This document shows positions 1 to 10,765 of a stretch of 53,620 bases of DNA, piece by piece. The notes beneath the pieces were generated by a model, which saw only the letters and a program-made list of their open reading frames with translations, did no database searches and had not been told where the DNA came from. Origin of the DNA: a virus. How positions within the stretch are numbered: position 1 is the first letter of the stretch; the number at the start of each line of letters is the position of its first letter. The stretch covers positions 1 to 53,620 of the IMG/VR virus record IMGVR_UViG_3300045988_088394, one strand, 5' to 3'. A program made the translations under genes and the position numbers.

Positions 1-119
1 AGGAGAAAGATGCAGCACTAAAAAAAGCGAAACAGCTAACTAAAGAGAAATTCTACGGAAAGGATATTGTTGACCAAAAGACTGGACAGAAAAAACATGA
101 AGATGGTATTCTTGATGTG
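1..119 (+). repeat. Terminal direct repeat, left copy (identical to 53502..53620)
   Basis: Base-by-base comparison of the two ends. Confidence 0.95.
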
Positions 120-3083
120 CAGCAGAAGCAATACGACAACCTTGTTAAACAGAACAGGTTACACACTCAAACATTGCAGACTATCAAAGCAGAACGCCAA
201 GCGAGAATTGGCTTAATGCAGTCAGAAGCCACCGCGGCAGCATCAACACGTATGCTCACGCGCATGGAACAAGCTAACCTCCGTTCAATGGCATCTAAGG
301 CCCAATCTGCCGCAAAGAGAGGGCTTAACCAATCTAATGCAGTTACCTCGGCGAATAGCAAAGTTATAGATGTCTATGACAAAAACAACAAAGCACGCGA
401 GCAAGAAGTCGCGAAGGTAGAGAGTGCAATCGCAGATGCTCGCATTGCAGCTATGAAAGATGGCTACGCTCGAACGCGAGAAGAACGCGAGAAACAAAAT
501 AAAGACGAACTTGATAAGATTAAGCAGCAAGGCGATGCAGCAGTAGAAGCCGAAATAAAGCGACAGAAAGCAGAATATGAAGCGGAGCAAGCTGTAATTA
601 AGGCGAGAGGCGGAAAGATAACTGCATGGAATGATAACATGGTCGACAAAAATGCGGTTAACAAGATTAAAGACCAATACAAATTGTTATATGATTTCAC
701 GGAGAAGAAGCAGCAAAGAAAGACAGTTGACAGCCTCGCTCAGGCATACGACAAGCAAGAACAAGAACGGCAAGACAAGATTAACTCTCTACGCAACGAC
801 ATAGCAGAACTTGAAGAACAGTTGTCTAAGGCGACATCACAAGCAGAGAAAGATGAACTTGAAAAGTTGCACCGCAACGCCCAAGCCCAACTTGACTGGG
901 TGTCTAAATCCAAGGACGCATGGAATAACTATTACGAGAAGTACGGAACATTCTTGGAGAAACGCAAGGCGTTGGAGGAGAAGTTCTTGTATGATAAGCA
1001 GGGGGTTGACGAAAACTCACCTCAATTCCTTATGCTTAAGAAGCAGCACGATGAAGCCGTTTCTGCGCTTGAAGCAGAGGAAAAGATGAAAGATTTTGAC
1101 TGGATGAATGCGTTTGGAGACCTATCGAAATTAAGCAACGACACCCTTGAAAAGGTAAAGCAACAGCTATGGGACATTATCCAGTTAGATGACAAGCTGA
1201 ACGCTACTGATAAAGCCAAGTTCGTTGAAAAATACAAGCAAGCAAGCGAACAAATTGACAAGAATAAGACTTTATGGGCTGGTGACAATTTCGTAACCAA
1301 GATTGTAGGCAAGAAACTTGAAGATGAACAGCTAAGGAAAAACTATGAGATAAAAAAGGCAGAGTTTGAAAAGGCGAAACAAAACAATTATGAAGCCGAA
1401 GCGAACAAGATAACCGCAGATGCAAAATTAAGCAAGAGTAGGCAAGACTTTAATGCGTTCTTAAAGGACAGCGGCAGTAACATGAATGCTGACCAATTCA
1501 GCGGAATGGATATGTCACAAGCCTTGAATATGTTCCAGCAGAGCGGTGGCGATATGTCGCAATTCGGGCAAAAATTCCAATCCTTATTCAAAGGGTTTGG
1601 ACAAGCGCAAGGCGAAGCCGCAAACATGGCATCAAGTGCAGCCCAGACAGCGGAAGCTATGCAAGGTGCACAACAGGGTATGGAAGCTGCAGAGGGCGCG
1701 ATGGGCGGCAGTGGCGCAAGTGGGGCTGCAATGACCGAAGCGATAATAAAAGGCGTCAATCAGAATGTCCAATCTCTTAACGAATTAACGAAGAAATGGG
1801 GTGATGAGGACTCAAATTTCTCCAAAGGTATGAATGCCTTCGCGGAGAGTTCAAACGAGGCGGTCGCTGCATTCGACAGCTTAAAGAGTGGTGATGTCTT
1901 CGGAATTATATTACATCTTTCAAATGCGATTGAAAGTCTTGGTACAAGTATGGCGTATTTCTTCGGTTTTAACGATGGCATGAAAGCATGGAAAGACGAA
2001 CTTGAACATTACGAAAAACTGTCGGGTATATGGAGTGACCTTATAGATAAGAAGCAAGAATATATTGACCTAAAATTCGGCAACAATGCGAAAGAAGAAG
2101 TCAAGGAAGTTGAAGCCTTGTACAAGGCTGAAGAAAAGTCATTAACTAAACTCGCAGAAAGTTATCTTAAGATAAGGAAGCCCAATGCTCATAGCTACGG
2201 TTACCGCATAGACCGCGACCTTGGGACAAAGGGCTTGCAAGCAATGAGCCAAGCGGCAGGCGTGCAGATTAACAGCGTGTCTGACCTAACGAACCTCAGC
2301 TACGACCAACTTGTAGCAGCCAAAGGCGCAGACAATGGCGAATACTGGGCGAAGCTCCCCGTGGAAATGCAAGACTACTTGGACAAGCTGATTGAATGCA
2401 AGAAGGCTACGCAAGACTTTCAAGAGGATATGAAGGAGAAGTTTACAGGCATCAAGTTTGATGATATGTACTCCAACTTCATGTCAGTTCTTGAAGATAT
2501 GAACAGCGGTGCAGACGATTTCGCTAATTCTGTAAAGGACAAGATGCGCAAAGCCCTCATAGACAACACTATGGGTAAAGCAGTCGAAGCGTGGACAAAG
2601 GATTATACAGAACGCTATCAGAAGCAAGTAGAGGCCGATGGAGGAACGCTGACCGAAGAGCATGCACGCCAGCTTAAGCAAGAGTTGGAAGAGGCTGCAA
2701 ACAACTTTACAAATCAGCGAAACGACACGCTGAACAATGTCGGGCTTGGCGGTGAAGCAAGTGACGGGTCACAGACAAAAGGCTTTGCGGCAGCGTCAGA
2801 GAGCAGCATCGAGGAACTTAGCGGCCGCGCATTGGCACAGACAGAAGCCTTGTATCAGATACGTGATAATCAACTCATTGACACGCTGAAATACGACAAG
2901 ATAAATGACAGTCTTTGCCAGATGATAAACATCGAAAGAGGCAGAAATGAGTATTACGACACCTCAATAGAGATACAACGAACTTCTGTAAGTCATCTCG
3001 CTGCAATAGAAAAGAATACAAATGAGCTGTACAGCATGAATGAGCGACTTGCGAAAATAGAAAAGAACACGCGTAATATATAA
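1..3083 (+). CDS. Tail tape measure protein, 3' portion (5' portion is 51572..53620; the gene spans the linearisation point)
   Basis: The frame of ORF 117..3083 stays open back to nt 1 (first full codon at nt 3). It joins in frame to the open frame from ATG 51572 once the 119-bp duplicate is removed, giving about 1670 aa. The protein is coiled-coil and A/Q/E/K-rich. It lies between the tail chaperone genes and the distal tail genes. Confidence 0.85.
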   Translation, partial: EKDAALKKAKQLTKEKFYGKDIVDQKTGQKKHEDGILDVQQKQYDNLVKQNRLHTQTLQTIKAERQARIGLMQSEATAAASTRMLTRMEQANLRSMASKAQSAAKRGLNQSNAVTSANSKVIDVYDKNNKAREQEVAKVESAIADARIAAMKDGYARTREEREKQNKDELDKIKQQGDAAVEAEIKRQKAEYEAEQAVIKARGGKITAWNDNMVDKNAVNKIKDQYKLLYDFTEKKQQRKTVDSLAQAYDKQEQERQDKINSLRNDIAELEEQLSKATSQAEKDELEKLHRNAQAQLDWVSKSKDAWNNYYEKYGTFLEKRKALEEKFLYDKQGVDENSPQFLMLKKQHDEAVSALEAEEKMKDFDWMNAFGDLSKLSNDTLEKVKQQLWDIIQLDDKLNATDKAKFVEKYKQASEQIDKNKTLWAGDNFVTKIVGKKLEDEQLRKNYEIKKAEFEKAKQNNYEAEANKITADAKLSKSRQDFNAFLKDSGSNMNADQFSGMDMSQALNMFQQSGGDMSQFGQKFQSLFKGFGQAQGEAANMASSAAQTAEAMQGAQQGMEAAEGAMGGSGASGAAMTEAIIKGVNQNVQSLNELTKKWGDEDSNFSKGMNAFAESSNEAVAAFDSLKSGDVFGIILHLSNAIESLGTSMAYFFGFNDGMKAWKDELEHYEKLSGIWSDLIDKKQEYIDLKFGNNAKEEVKEVEALYKAEEKSLTKLAESYLKIRKPNAHSYGYRIDRDLGTKGLQAMSQAAGVQINSVSDLTNLSYDQLVAAKGADNGEYWAKLPVEMQDYLDKLIECKKATQDFQEDMKEKFTGIKFDDMYSNFMSVLEDMNSGADDFANSVKDKMRKALIDNTMGKAVEAWTKDYTERYQKQVEADGGTLTEEHARQLKQELEEAANNFTNQRNDTLNNVGLGGEASDGSQTKGFAAASESSIEELSGRALAQTEALYQIRDNQLIDTLKYDKINDSLCQMINIERGRNEYYDTSIEIQRTSVSHLAAIEKNTNELYSMNERLAKIEKNTRNI

Positions 3084-3087
3084 GAAT

Positions 3088-3504
3088 ATGACTGGACAAA
3101 TTATAATCAACGGAAAGGATATTTGGTTAAACTATAAGGCACAACCTCTGAAAGGTACTTACAACACACTGCAAGGCAACTTGGAAACGAAAGAAGTAAT
3201 AAGCAACGAAAGTCGCCTTGAAAATGGAGTAAGACTCGTTATAAACTCGGATAGTATAAAGGTGCAGAAACGCGAGTTTTCACTCACTTTCTTACTTGAG
3301 GGAAGTACGTACAGCGAGATACAAGCTAATACAGACCTTATGCTTGGCGTATTGCGCAGCGGTATGATTAACTTTGAGGCAAGACGAATCGGGCAGACAT
3401 TCAAGCTACTTTTTCGTAAGGTTGAAGAAATAACGGATTACAGACGAGATAAATTCAGAACAATCAAAATCAAGTTCCTTGAACCGAACCCGACAGACCG
3501 ATAA
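3088..3504 (+). CDS. Tail structural protein (distal tail protein position)
   Basis: 138-aa ORF starting 5 nt after the tape measure stop. The call rests on synteny only. Confidence 0.4.
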   Translation: MTGQIIINGKDIWLNYKAQPLKGTYNTLQGNLETKEVISNESRLENGVRLVINSDSIKVQKREFSLTFLLEGSTYSEIQANTDLMLGVLRSGMINFEARRIGQTFKLLFRKVEEITDYRRDKFRTIKIKFLEPNPTDR

Positions 3505-3517
3505 AACTGCACTTTGA

Positions 3518-6313
3518 ATGACATTACCAATATACAGCCCAAAGGGAGAGCTAATATACGAGATGCCCAATATCTTCGTTGGGTGTATCGAACGCAAAGA
3601 GCTGATGAAGGAAGATTACGTGGAACTGCACTTCAACCTCGCAGAACCCGTATTCTTCCCCATTGGCTCATATTGCACGTGGCATGACAAGGTATACCAA
3701 GTCACAGAGATACAATCACCGACATACGACAGCAACACGGGCGGTTATAAGTATGAGCTGAAACTCGAAGCATACTACTTCGCGTGGAAGAACAGAATGT
3801 ACAAGTACAAATCGAAGTACAACAACACGTTGGAGGCGTCATTCAACCTCACGGCTAACCTCGAACAACAAGTTATAACCCTTGTGCGCTGCCTTGACGC
3901 TGTGGAGGGCATGTGCTATAATGGTACGGAGAAATACACGTATAAAGTGCATAAGGTTGATGGCGATGATTTGGAAAAGGTAAAAACGCAATCTTACTCG
4001 TCTGTCAACTACATTGACGCACTGGCACAGATAGCAGAGGCTTGGGACACCGAATGGTGGGTAATAGAAAACGTGATACACTTCGGCAAATGTCAGGACG
4101 CAGAGGGAACGAACGTGGACTTTATCCTTGGCAAGAACGTCGAAAGCATGGACGGGTCTAAGAGCGAAACAGACTATGCAACGCGTGTGTATGCTTTTGG
4201 CTCGTCAAACAATCTGCCTGCAAACTGGGATAAAGGTGATGTAGAGCTTACCGTCACGGGGCTGAAAGGAACAACAGACAGTTGGTATTTCAGCTCCGAA
4301 TATCCGTTCTACTCCGAGTATTTTGACAAAGTAACGGAGGTAAAGGTAGATAATAACTCATTTAAGAATTTTGGAAAGGCTGCGATAGACAGAACAACAT
4401 TCAATAATGATAACTTCACGAACAGACCTGCAGTATTCTACTTCGAGGTAAAACTTGCAAACAGCGTAAAACTGATACAAGGCGAGTATAAGGAGCAGCT
4501 CCTCTACAAAAAGTCTGACACATTAAGTATGTTGCCACTAAATTTGAAATGGACAGCAGGCAGCATAAAAAAAGATAAAGAATACTTAAGAGCAGGAGGT
4601 ATCTACGCAGTAGTCACAGATGCAGCAAAGGCTAAAGGGAGCAATCTCACAATAGGCACAAAAACAATTCAGAACGTACTTGCATCATACAAGTATGCAC
4701 TGAATTTGGACGGAATGGGTACTGGAGCGAACAAGGTTCAAGCAATACACCATTTCAATTTTCCAAAGCTGAAATTAGAAGCAGATACAGAAGTCTGCGT
4801 GCAATATGTGCTTGAGATAGCTACGGGATATGGCCGAATATCGGGCGAGTTATCAATAGGAGATGCTAACGCGGAAATAGGATTCACGGACAACCGAGCG
4901 CACACCTACACTCAGGCGGAATGCAAAATAACATTCACTAAAACGAAAAAGGAAGCAAAGGCTATATGGTATAACACCACACAATACATCGAACCAACGA
5001 TTGACGTACATACGAGTATGTTCAAGATTGCAAAGAGCGCAATCGCGCTTAAAGGTGGAGAAAAATTCACGCTCAACAACCTTGTAACAGCGAAGCTTCC
5101 GACACACTTCTTCCCAGCGAACAAGCAAGACGCAGAGGCAATCAAGGCCCTCGCTGAAACGCGATTAACGCTGCCATCGCCTGGATATATAGACACACAA
5201 GAGGCCAAGGACGGAGAAATTGTTGAGAAAGTGCTTGTATTCGATGACATATACCCTCGCACAAAATCAGAAATAACAGAGGTGCGCGACAAACTGCAAA
5301 ATGTAGTGGACGAGAACAAGCAGCCCACAGGCGAGAAATACACCGAATATTACATCAAGACGAACTCGTTCGTCTTTGATAGAGCATGGCAGCTTCCAAA
5401 TGGCGAGAATATGCAAGTCATCTTCCAGTCTGGCCCACTCGCAGGACTGACCTTTGATGTGCAGTTCAACAGCTCCGAAACGCCCACAACGCCAACCATT
5501 GACCATCAGTTTTTCCGCATTCTAAGAAAGCAGTTCGATGGCGGTCTTTATCTCCCTAACAAGTCAATGCACCCCGAAAAAGGCAACGAATTTATCCTAA
5601 CTGGCTGGGACAGCTCGCGAATTGAGAACCTTGGACTTATAGGCGAAGCTCAAGAAGAACTTGCAACGGAAACGCAGAAGCAAATCAAGAAAATGATGAT
5701 TGACCCGAATACCTACGAATGTACCTTGTTTTCGGATATAGCGTATGGTGTGAGGGAAAAAACAAACATTACCGATGACAGCGGCAACACACTCGTTGAC
5801 GATTATGGCAATGAGATAGTGCAAGATTACAGCGGCAGCGACCTTGACGCGAAAAACGCATGGGACTTTGACCTCGGCAGACGAGTGACAATGTATAACG
5901 CTGCACTATTCCGCAGCGGAAAGCGTGAAAGCCGCGTTATGGGCTATGAAAAGAAGATGGACATACCTTATGATAGCCCTACGTACATCATCGGAGAAAA
6001 GGCCACCTATTCCAAGTTTAAGGACTTGGAGAAGCAGATAAATAACGAAGTAAGCCTTAATGTTGGCGGCAGCACACTCGTAAGCGAAGGCACATCGGGC
6101 GGAGCATCAGTCTATATCATCAAGACAAACGACACAACGAAAGAAACAGATGATAACGTGTATTCTGCTCTCCGTATGAAGAACACCTTTCTGCACAGCC
6201 GCGATGATGACAACGCACAAGGGCTTATAACGTTTGAAGCAGGAGCAATGTTCGCAAGCGGTTACAGCGGAAATGACACTGCCGCAGATGGTATAATAGA
6301 ATATTTTGAATAA
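3518..6313 (+). CDS. Large tail/baseplate structural protein (tail-associated protein position)
   Basis: 931-aa ORF, second gene after the tape measure. Size and position are typical of siphovirus Tal-like proteins. Confidence 0.5.
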   Translation: MTLPIYSPKGELIYEMPNIFVGCIERKELMKEDYVELHFNLAEPVFFPIGSYCTWHDKVYQVTEIQSPTYDSNTGGYKYELKLEAYYFAWKNRMYKYKSKYNNTLEASFNLTANLEQQVITLVRCLDAVEGMCYNGTEKYTYKVHKVDGDDLEKVKTQSYSSVNYIDALAQIAEAWDTEWWVIENVIHFGKCQDAEGTNVDFILGKNVESMDGSKSETDYATRVYAFGSSNNLPANWDKGDVELTVTGLKGTTDSWYFSSEYPFYSEYFDKVTEVKVDNNSFKNFGKAAIDRTTFNNDNFTNRPAVFYFEVKLANSVKLIQGEYKEQLLYKKSDTLSMLPLNLKWTAGSIKKDKEYLRAGGIYAVVTDAAKAKGSNLTIGTKTIQNVLASYKYALNLDGMGTGANKVQAIHHFNFPKLKLEADTEVCVQYVLEIATGYGRISGELSIGDANAEIGFTDNRAHTYTQAECKITFTKTKKEAKAIWYNTTQYIEPTIDVHTSMFKIAKSAIALKGGEKFTLNNLVTAKLPTHFFPANKQDAEAIKALAETRLTLPSPGYIDTQEAKDGEIVEKVLVFDDIYPRTKSEITEVRDKLQNVVDENKQPTGEKYTEYYIKTNSFVFDRAWQLPNGENMQVIFQSGPLAGLTFDVQFNSSETPTTPTIDHQFFRILRKQFDGGLYLPNKSMHPEKGNEFILTGWDSSRIENLGLIGEAQEELATETQKQIKKMMIDPNTYECTLFSDIAYGVREKTNITDDSGNTLVDDYGNEIVQDYSGSDLDAKNAWDFDLGRRVTMYNAALFRSGKRESRVMGYEKKMDIPYDSPTYIIGEKATYSKFKDLEKQINNEVSLNVGGSTLVSEGTSGGASVYIIKTNDTTKETDDNVYSALRMKNTFLHSRDDDNAQGLITFEAGAMFASGYSGNDTAADGIIEYFE

Positions 6314-6318
6314 GAGAT

Positions 6319-8946
6319 ATGGCGAGATTACTTAGCACATGGTTCAACGGGTTTGTAGGAAGCGCAAGAAGCACAGGAAACAAGGTGCTTAACGCTTTCG
6401 GCAAGGTGGTGTGCGAGATGCAAGAATACTTTGCTTCGGACTTCATGGGCCATGGGTGGAAGATATTCAACAGCGGCTCGGAAGAAACGCCAGAATACAC
6501 GCTTGAAATAGACAATGTAAAGGTGCGTAAAGCCTTTATTGCGCATGAGCTGATAATAGACCAAGTGCGTGCGATATGCGGCTCACTCGGCATTAGCCAG
6601 GCGTGCGGCAAGGTAAAGGAAGTAAGTCTGCGCACCGATGAACACGGAAACCAATACTACCTTATTAAGCTTGAAGGCGAAGCCACTCACGGGTATGGCG
6701 GCTTTGTAAAGAATGACATTATACGCTGCCAGCGTGTGGAGGTGGGTTCTGATGGCAAGACCAAAGGCATAAAGGGCTACTGGGTGAAGATTGAGAGCGC
6801 AAACATGAAGGAGGGTTGGTTCACCGTCATGGCCAGCGAGTTTGTGGGAGAAATTTATCAGAATGACGATACGGAGAAGGTATTGAACAATGACGTGCCG
6901 ATGAACTTGCCTGCGGCTGGTGACGAGATTGTGCAGTATGGCAACACCACCGAACCGAGCCGACAGAATGCGATATACCTCCATGCCACCGAAAACGGTG
7001 TGCCGACCATTGACTTGCTTAATGGCGTAAATTCCAAGTCGTTTTCTGACAAGATAGTTTGCAGTTTGGGCCGCATACCTAATAGTGAAGCATTTGGACT
7101 CTATATGCGAAAAGGTACGATAGTGTCTTTTGATGATGAGACTGGAAAAGACAACTATATCTTTGACCATGATGGCTATTTTGACCTTGGGCGAGGAGCT
7201 ATAACGTACAATCCTGCAACTGGTGTTGTGACGATTGGCAGTGATGTGGTTATAAAGTGGGGCGCGAACAGCAAGAGCAATGTGACCTATCAGATAGGCA
7301 GCAGCGGAGTTAATGCGCCAACGGGGACATGGCTAAACAGTGTGCCGCCATCGGAAGTGGGCAAATATCTGTGGACGCGCACGAAATGGCCCGATGGCAC
7401 GTATTCTTACAGCGTGAGCTATATGGCCAAAGACGGCACGCCTGGAAAAGACGGTGAGCCTGGGAAAGATGGTGCGGACGGGCAGGATATGCGCCCAAAC
7501 TTGCTTGACTATACAGAGTTCAAGCAAGAAACGTTTGACAATGTGCCGACCACAGACAAAACTTTTGAACTGAAAGGTACGAGGTCTGACGGTTTGAACG
7601 GACATGGCGCGGTGCAGATTGAAACTGCATTCAAAATAAATGGAGATTTGCCGACTCCTGACTCATATGTTGATTTTTTTCAGCAAAATGTCAAGAGCAA
7701 AATCGCGCCATCAACTTGGTACACGCTTTCTTTTTATCTAAAAAGTAAAAGCCTTGCGCAACCACTATATACCTATATGTGGACATATGACACAAACGGC
7801 CTTACAATGGTTGACACCACTGAAAAGATGATTGTTGACGGAAAGGAACAAGACACGCCAAAAGATGGTGCTGTTAAATTTTCGCCAATACATGAGTGGA
7901 CATACCACACCGTGACATTCAAGACGGCAGCCAATTTGCCAGATACCTGCCTTTGTTTGTTCCGCGCTATTACGAAACAAATACCTCAAAGCAATTTTAT
8001 TGTGCCTGCTTTATTTCTATCAGAGCCAAAGCTCGAATTAGGCAAAGCAGCGAGCGCATGGACAAGGAGCGACAACGATATTGCAGGCATTGCGGCAGAC
8101 AAGATAAATATGCCATCATGGGTGCGCCAGTGGGACGGACAGACCACCGAACTTGGTGCGGATTATGTAGCCGCGAAGAATGCCGTATTTGGTACAAAGG
8201 ATGCAGACGGAAAGTTTACAGGTATCGCCATGAGCGGTGAGGGCTTTGACTTTGGCGGTAAGGACAGAAATGTGGTTGGGTTGTATGGTATCTACAAGGA
8301 TGACTGCCGTGTGATAATTGACCCGAAGAACGAGAGATATTCGTTCCATGGGAATATCATCTGCGATAGTGGCCGAGTTAACGGATTGCTTGAAGGCTCA
8401 TATCTAAAGGGACTTACACAGATAAGTAATCAAAATGAATGGGAGGGTGTTTTTTTTCAAGAGAAAGGTGACACCAAATGGAAGCCGAGTTTTTATAGCA
8501 TCAATCCGATACTTTTAATCACATATCTTCCAGAAACCAATCCGATTATTTATCTGCCTCCGTATGGCAAAGAAGCAAGCGATTATGCGGAAAGCTTGGC
8601 TTTTATTGACTATAAGTTTTACATTATCAACAAGACAGGAGCAGGGTATATAGCAGTAAAAACGTATGGTTCTAAAATTAAGGTAAAAGGCGGCAATGGT
8701 ATTTCGCAGAGTTCTTACAACATTCTTAATGGAACAACCGCGGTTCTGACTGGTGCAATAGAAAGTGATGGAAGTTTTTACTGGGTCGCAGAAAAAGGCA
8801 GTATAAGCCAAGAAGTATCAAATGGAACTATTGATATTAAACGGAACGACCCAATATTTGACAAAAAATACCTAAACAAATTTGGGTGGAAAAATAACTT
8901 AGTAACACCTACAAAACCCTCTAACCCAGGCGGTGACATAGGATAA
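6319..8946 (+). CDS. Tail fibre / receptor-binding protein with a short collagen-like segment
   Basis: 875-aa ORF. It contains six Gly-X-Y triplets, GTPGKDGEPGKDGADGQD, at 7435-7488. It sits in the tail-tip gene block. Confidence 0.55.
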   Translation: MARLLSTWFNGFVGSARSTGNKVLNAFGKVVCEMQEYFASDFMGHGWKIFNSGSEETPEYTLEIDNVKVRKAFIAHELIIDQVRAICGSLGISQACGKVKEVSLRTDEHGNQYYLIKLEGEATHGYGGFVKNDIIRCQRVEVGSDGKTKGIKGYWVKIESANMKEGWFTVMASEFVGEIYQNDDTEKVLNNDVPMNLPAAGDEIVQYGNTTEPSRQNAIYLHATENGVPTIDLLNGVNSKSFSDKIVCSLGRIPNSEAFGLYMRKGTIVSFDDETGKDNYIFDHDGYFDLGRGAITYNPATGVVTIGSDVVIKWGANSKSNVTYQIGSSGVNAPTGTWLNSVPPSEVGKYLWTRTKWPDGTYSYSVSYMAKDGTPGKDGEPGKDGADGQDMRPNLLDYTEFKQETFDNVPTTDKTFELKGTRSDGLNGHGAVQIETAFKINGDLPTPDSYVDFFQQNVKSKIAPSTWYTLSFYLKSKSLAQPLYTYMWTYDTNGLTMVDTTEKMIVDGKEQDTPKDGAVKFSPIHEWTYHTVTFKTAANLPDTCLCLFRAITKQIPQSNFIVPALFLSEPKLELGKAASAWTRSDNDIAGIAADKINMPSWVRQWDGQTTELGADYVAAKNAVFGTKDADGKFTGIAMSGEGFDFGGKDRNVVGLYGIYKDDCRVIIDPKNERYSFHGNIICDSGRVNGLLEGSYLKGLTQISNQNEWEGVFFQEKGDTKWKPSFYSINPILLITYLPETNPIIYLPPYGKEASDYAESLAFIDYKFYIINKTGAGYIAVKTYGSKIKVKGGNGISQSSYNILNGTTAVLTGAIESDGSFYWVAEKGSISQEVSNGTIDIKRNDPIFDKKYLNKFGWKNNLVTPTKPSNPGGDIG

Positions 8947-8958
8947 CACTTAAATATT

Positions 8959-9879
8959 ATGGCAACAGTAAAACTCAAAGATGTACTAAAATCGCTACCG
9001 CAGGACACGAGTCTGACGGGCAGCGAGATGGTCGTGATAAACGATAACGGGGAGAATAAATACATACCCTATTCAACGATAAGGAACGGACTTGTCAACG
9101 CCTCAGAGCGCAAAACATTGGCCAATACCGCAGAATGGCTTATTGCGCATGATAATGTGACTACTATTGATGCGCTGAACAAAGAGCTTGACGCATTTGG
9201 CGCGGAAACTGCACAAGGTTTGCACCGCATGAAGTGTTTTGGCATTCCGCTGTTCGTGACGTTCGCTAATCTGAATGTGGGTGACAGCGTGTTAATGCAG
9301 ACAATACAAGGCAGCATTACGTTCAACTCGGCAAAGACGAGCATTGCGTCAATAAACACAGTTGGCAACTTGGCTATTGCGGTTCGTTACTATCAAGGCG
9401 GCAAGTGGGGCGCATGGAACACGCCTATGGCGCAAATCAAGCCACCGACAGTGCAGAGCAGCACATCTGGAACAAAGGCCAATTACGTATATTCGCAAGG
9501 TAAGGACCAAGACGCTAAGACTATTATCACATCAAAGTTTTGGATATACAAGCACAACGACTTCAACCTGTTTCTGCGCTTCAAGCATTGGGGCGCGAAC
9601 AATGACGAGGCACAGGAGAATTGCAGTCAGGTGCAGCTGCCCAACGCCTGGACGGGAAGCAATGGCCTAATGCGTCGCGACATATATGCACGCCTTGACG
9701 CTTTTGAACTTCGCGAGCAGAACTCCACCGCAACCGAGGTGAAGGTGGTGACACCTATCTTTACCACTGGCGGCACTCGCACATTTAGCATTTCGGCTGC
9801 GACAACTGCAAAGGCTGGTGTGATGACGGCAGCGGACAAAGAACTATTGAACAAGATAAAAGCAAAACTCGGATTATAA
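8959..9879 (+). CDS. Tail fibre-associated structural protein
   Basis: 306-aa ORF, last gene of the tail block. Called on position only. Confidence 0.35.
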   Translation: MATVKLKDVLKSLPQDTSLTGSEMVVINDNGENKYIPYSTIRNGLVNASERKTLANTAEWLIAHDNVTTIDALNKELDAFGAETAQGLHRMKCFGIPLFVTFANLNVGDSVLMQTIQGSITFNSAKTSIASINTVGNLAIAVRYYQGGKWGAWNTPMAQIKPPTVQSSTSGTKANYVYSQGKDQDAKTIITSKFWIYKHNDFNLFLRFKHWGANNDEAQENCSQVQLPNAWTGSNGLMRRDIYARLDAFELREQNSTATEVKVVTPIFTTGGTRTFSISAATTAKAGVMTAADKELLNKIKAKLGL

Positions 9880-10013
9880 TGAACAGACTACAAGAAATTA
9901 GGATTGAGTGCGTAAAGATAGCAGCATCTCGCGGCGACATAAAGCCAGATGAGATAGTTGAAGTTGCGAGAGAGATAGAAGCATATGTAAGAAGAAAGGA
10001 GGGCGAATTTTGA
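9879..10013 (+). CDS. Small hypothetical protein (44 aa)
   Basis: The ATG overlaps the preceding TAA (TAATG). Translated by hand: MNRLQEIRIECVKIAASRGDIKPDEIVEVAREIEAYVRRKEGEF. It is below the ORF-track cutoff. Confidence 0.3.
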   Translation: MNRLQEIRIECVKIAASRGDIKPDEIVEVAREIEAYVRRKEGEF

Positions 10014-10399
10014 CAGACCTAATACAAACTATCAGTTCTATCGTTACAGGCGTAGCTATACCAGTGCTTGGCATATTTCTTTTTTATGATGCGAAGAAAC
10101 GTGAAGCTTCTGCAAGAGCAGGTAAAGCCGAGGCAGACAACATCACACAATATGCCGCACAATGGCAGAAGTTGTATGATGAGAAGGTGAAGCACGAAGA
10201 GGAACTGAATGGAAAGATTGATGCGCTATATGTGCAGTTGAATGAGCAACGCGATGAACTTGCACGACTAAAAAAGGAAATGGCAGAACTGGTTGTGAAG
10301 CAGCAGTATGCGGAGAGCCAAAAGTGTACGGTGTTTGGTTGCCCAAACCGCCAGCCTCCACAACTTTTGTGTGCAAGTAGTAATCACCCTGAACAATAG
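10010..10399 (+). CDS. Membrane-anchored coiled-coil protein of the lysis cassette
   Basis: N-terminal transmembrane segment (IVTGVAIPVLGIFLFY) followed by a coiled coil. The only in-frame start is TTG at 10010, so the start is uncertain. Confidence 0.35.
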   Translation: MTDLIQTISSIVTGVAIPVLGIFLFYDAKKREASARAGKAEADNITQYAAQWQKLYDEKVKHEEELNGKIDALYVQLNEQRDELARLKKEMAELVVKQQYAESQKCTVFGCPNRQPPQLLCASSNHPEQ

Positions 10400-10403
10400 G
10401 TCT

Positions 10404-10670
10404 ATGAGATTAACGAGATATATCACGGAACTGATACGTGTGAACAGTGGGCACAGCAGCAAGGCGTTTTTCCTTGTGGCTGTTACCCTGATAGGGTGTG
10501 TATTGTTGCTCTGTGTGGCATTTGTGCTAATATGGGAAGTCATGAACAGTAACACAATACACACCGACCTTATGGGGCTTAGTGCTTTCGTAGGCAGCGT
10601 GGCAAGTTTGTTTGTCACAGCTGGCATTACTAAAGTGTATGGCGAAAAACGTGAGAACAAAACTGAATAA
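10404..10670 (+). CDS. Holin-like protein with two transmembrane segments
   Basis: Starts at ATG 10404 within ORF 10308..10670 (88 aa). Two hydrophobic helices and a charged C-terminus. It lies immediately upstream of the endolysin. Confidence 0.45.
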   Translation: MRLTRYITELIRVNSGHSSKAFFLVAVTLIGCVLLLCVAFVLIWEVMNSNTIHTDLMGLSAFVGSVASLFVTAGITKVYGEKRENKTE

Positions 10671-10765
10671 AAATTGGCGCGTTTCCCAACGCACCAACCA
10701 TCACATAACCATGTCAAAACAAAAATATTAACACCTACAAAGATAAGAAAAATAAGTTTAGACGT

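Noticed and set aside
6583-7170. 195-aa minus-strand ORF inside the tail fibre gene
   Set aside because: It is antisense to an 875-aa structural gene and has no independent support.
6319-9879. Diversity-generating retroelement targeting the tail fibre genes
   Set aside because: No reverse transcriptase ORF exists anywhere in the genome, and I found no template/variable repeat pair near the fibre gene 3' ends.
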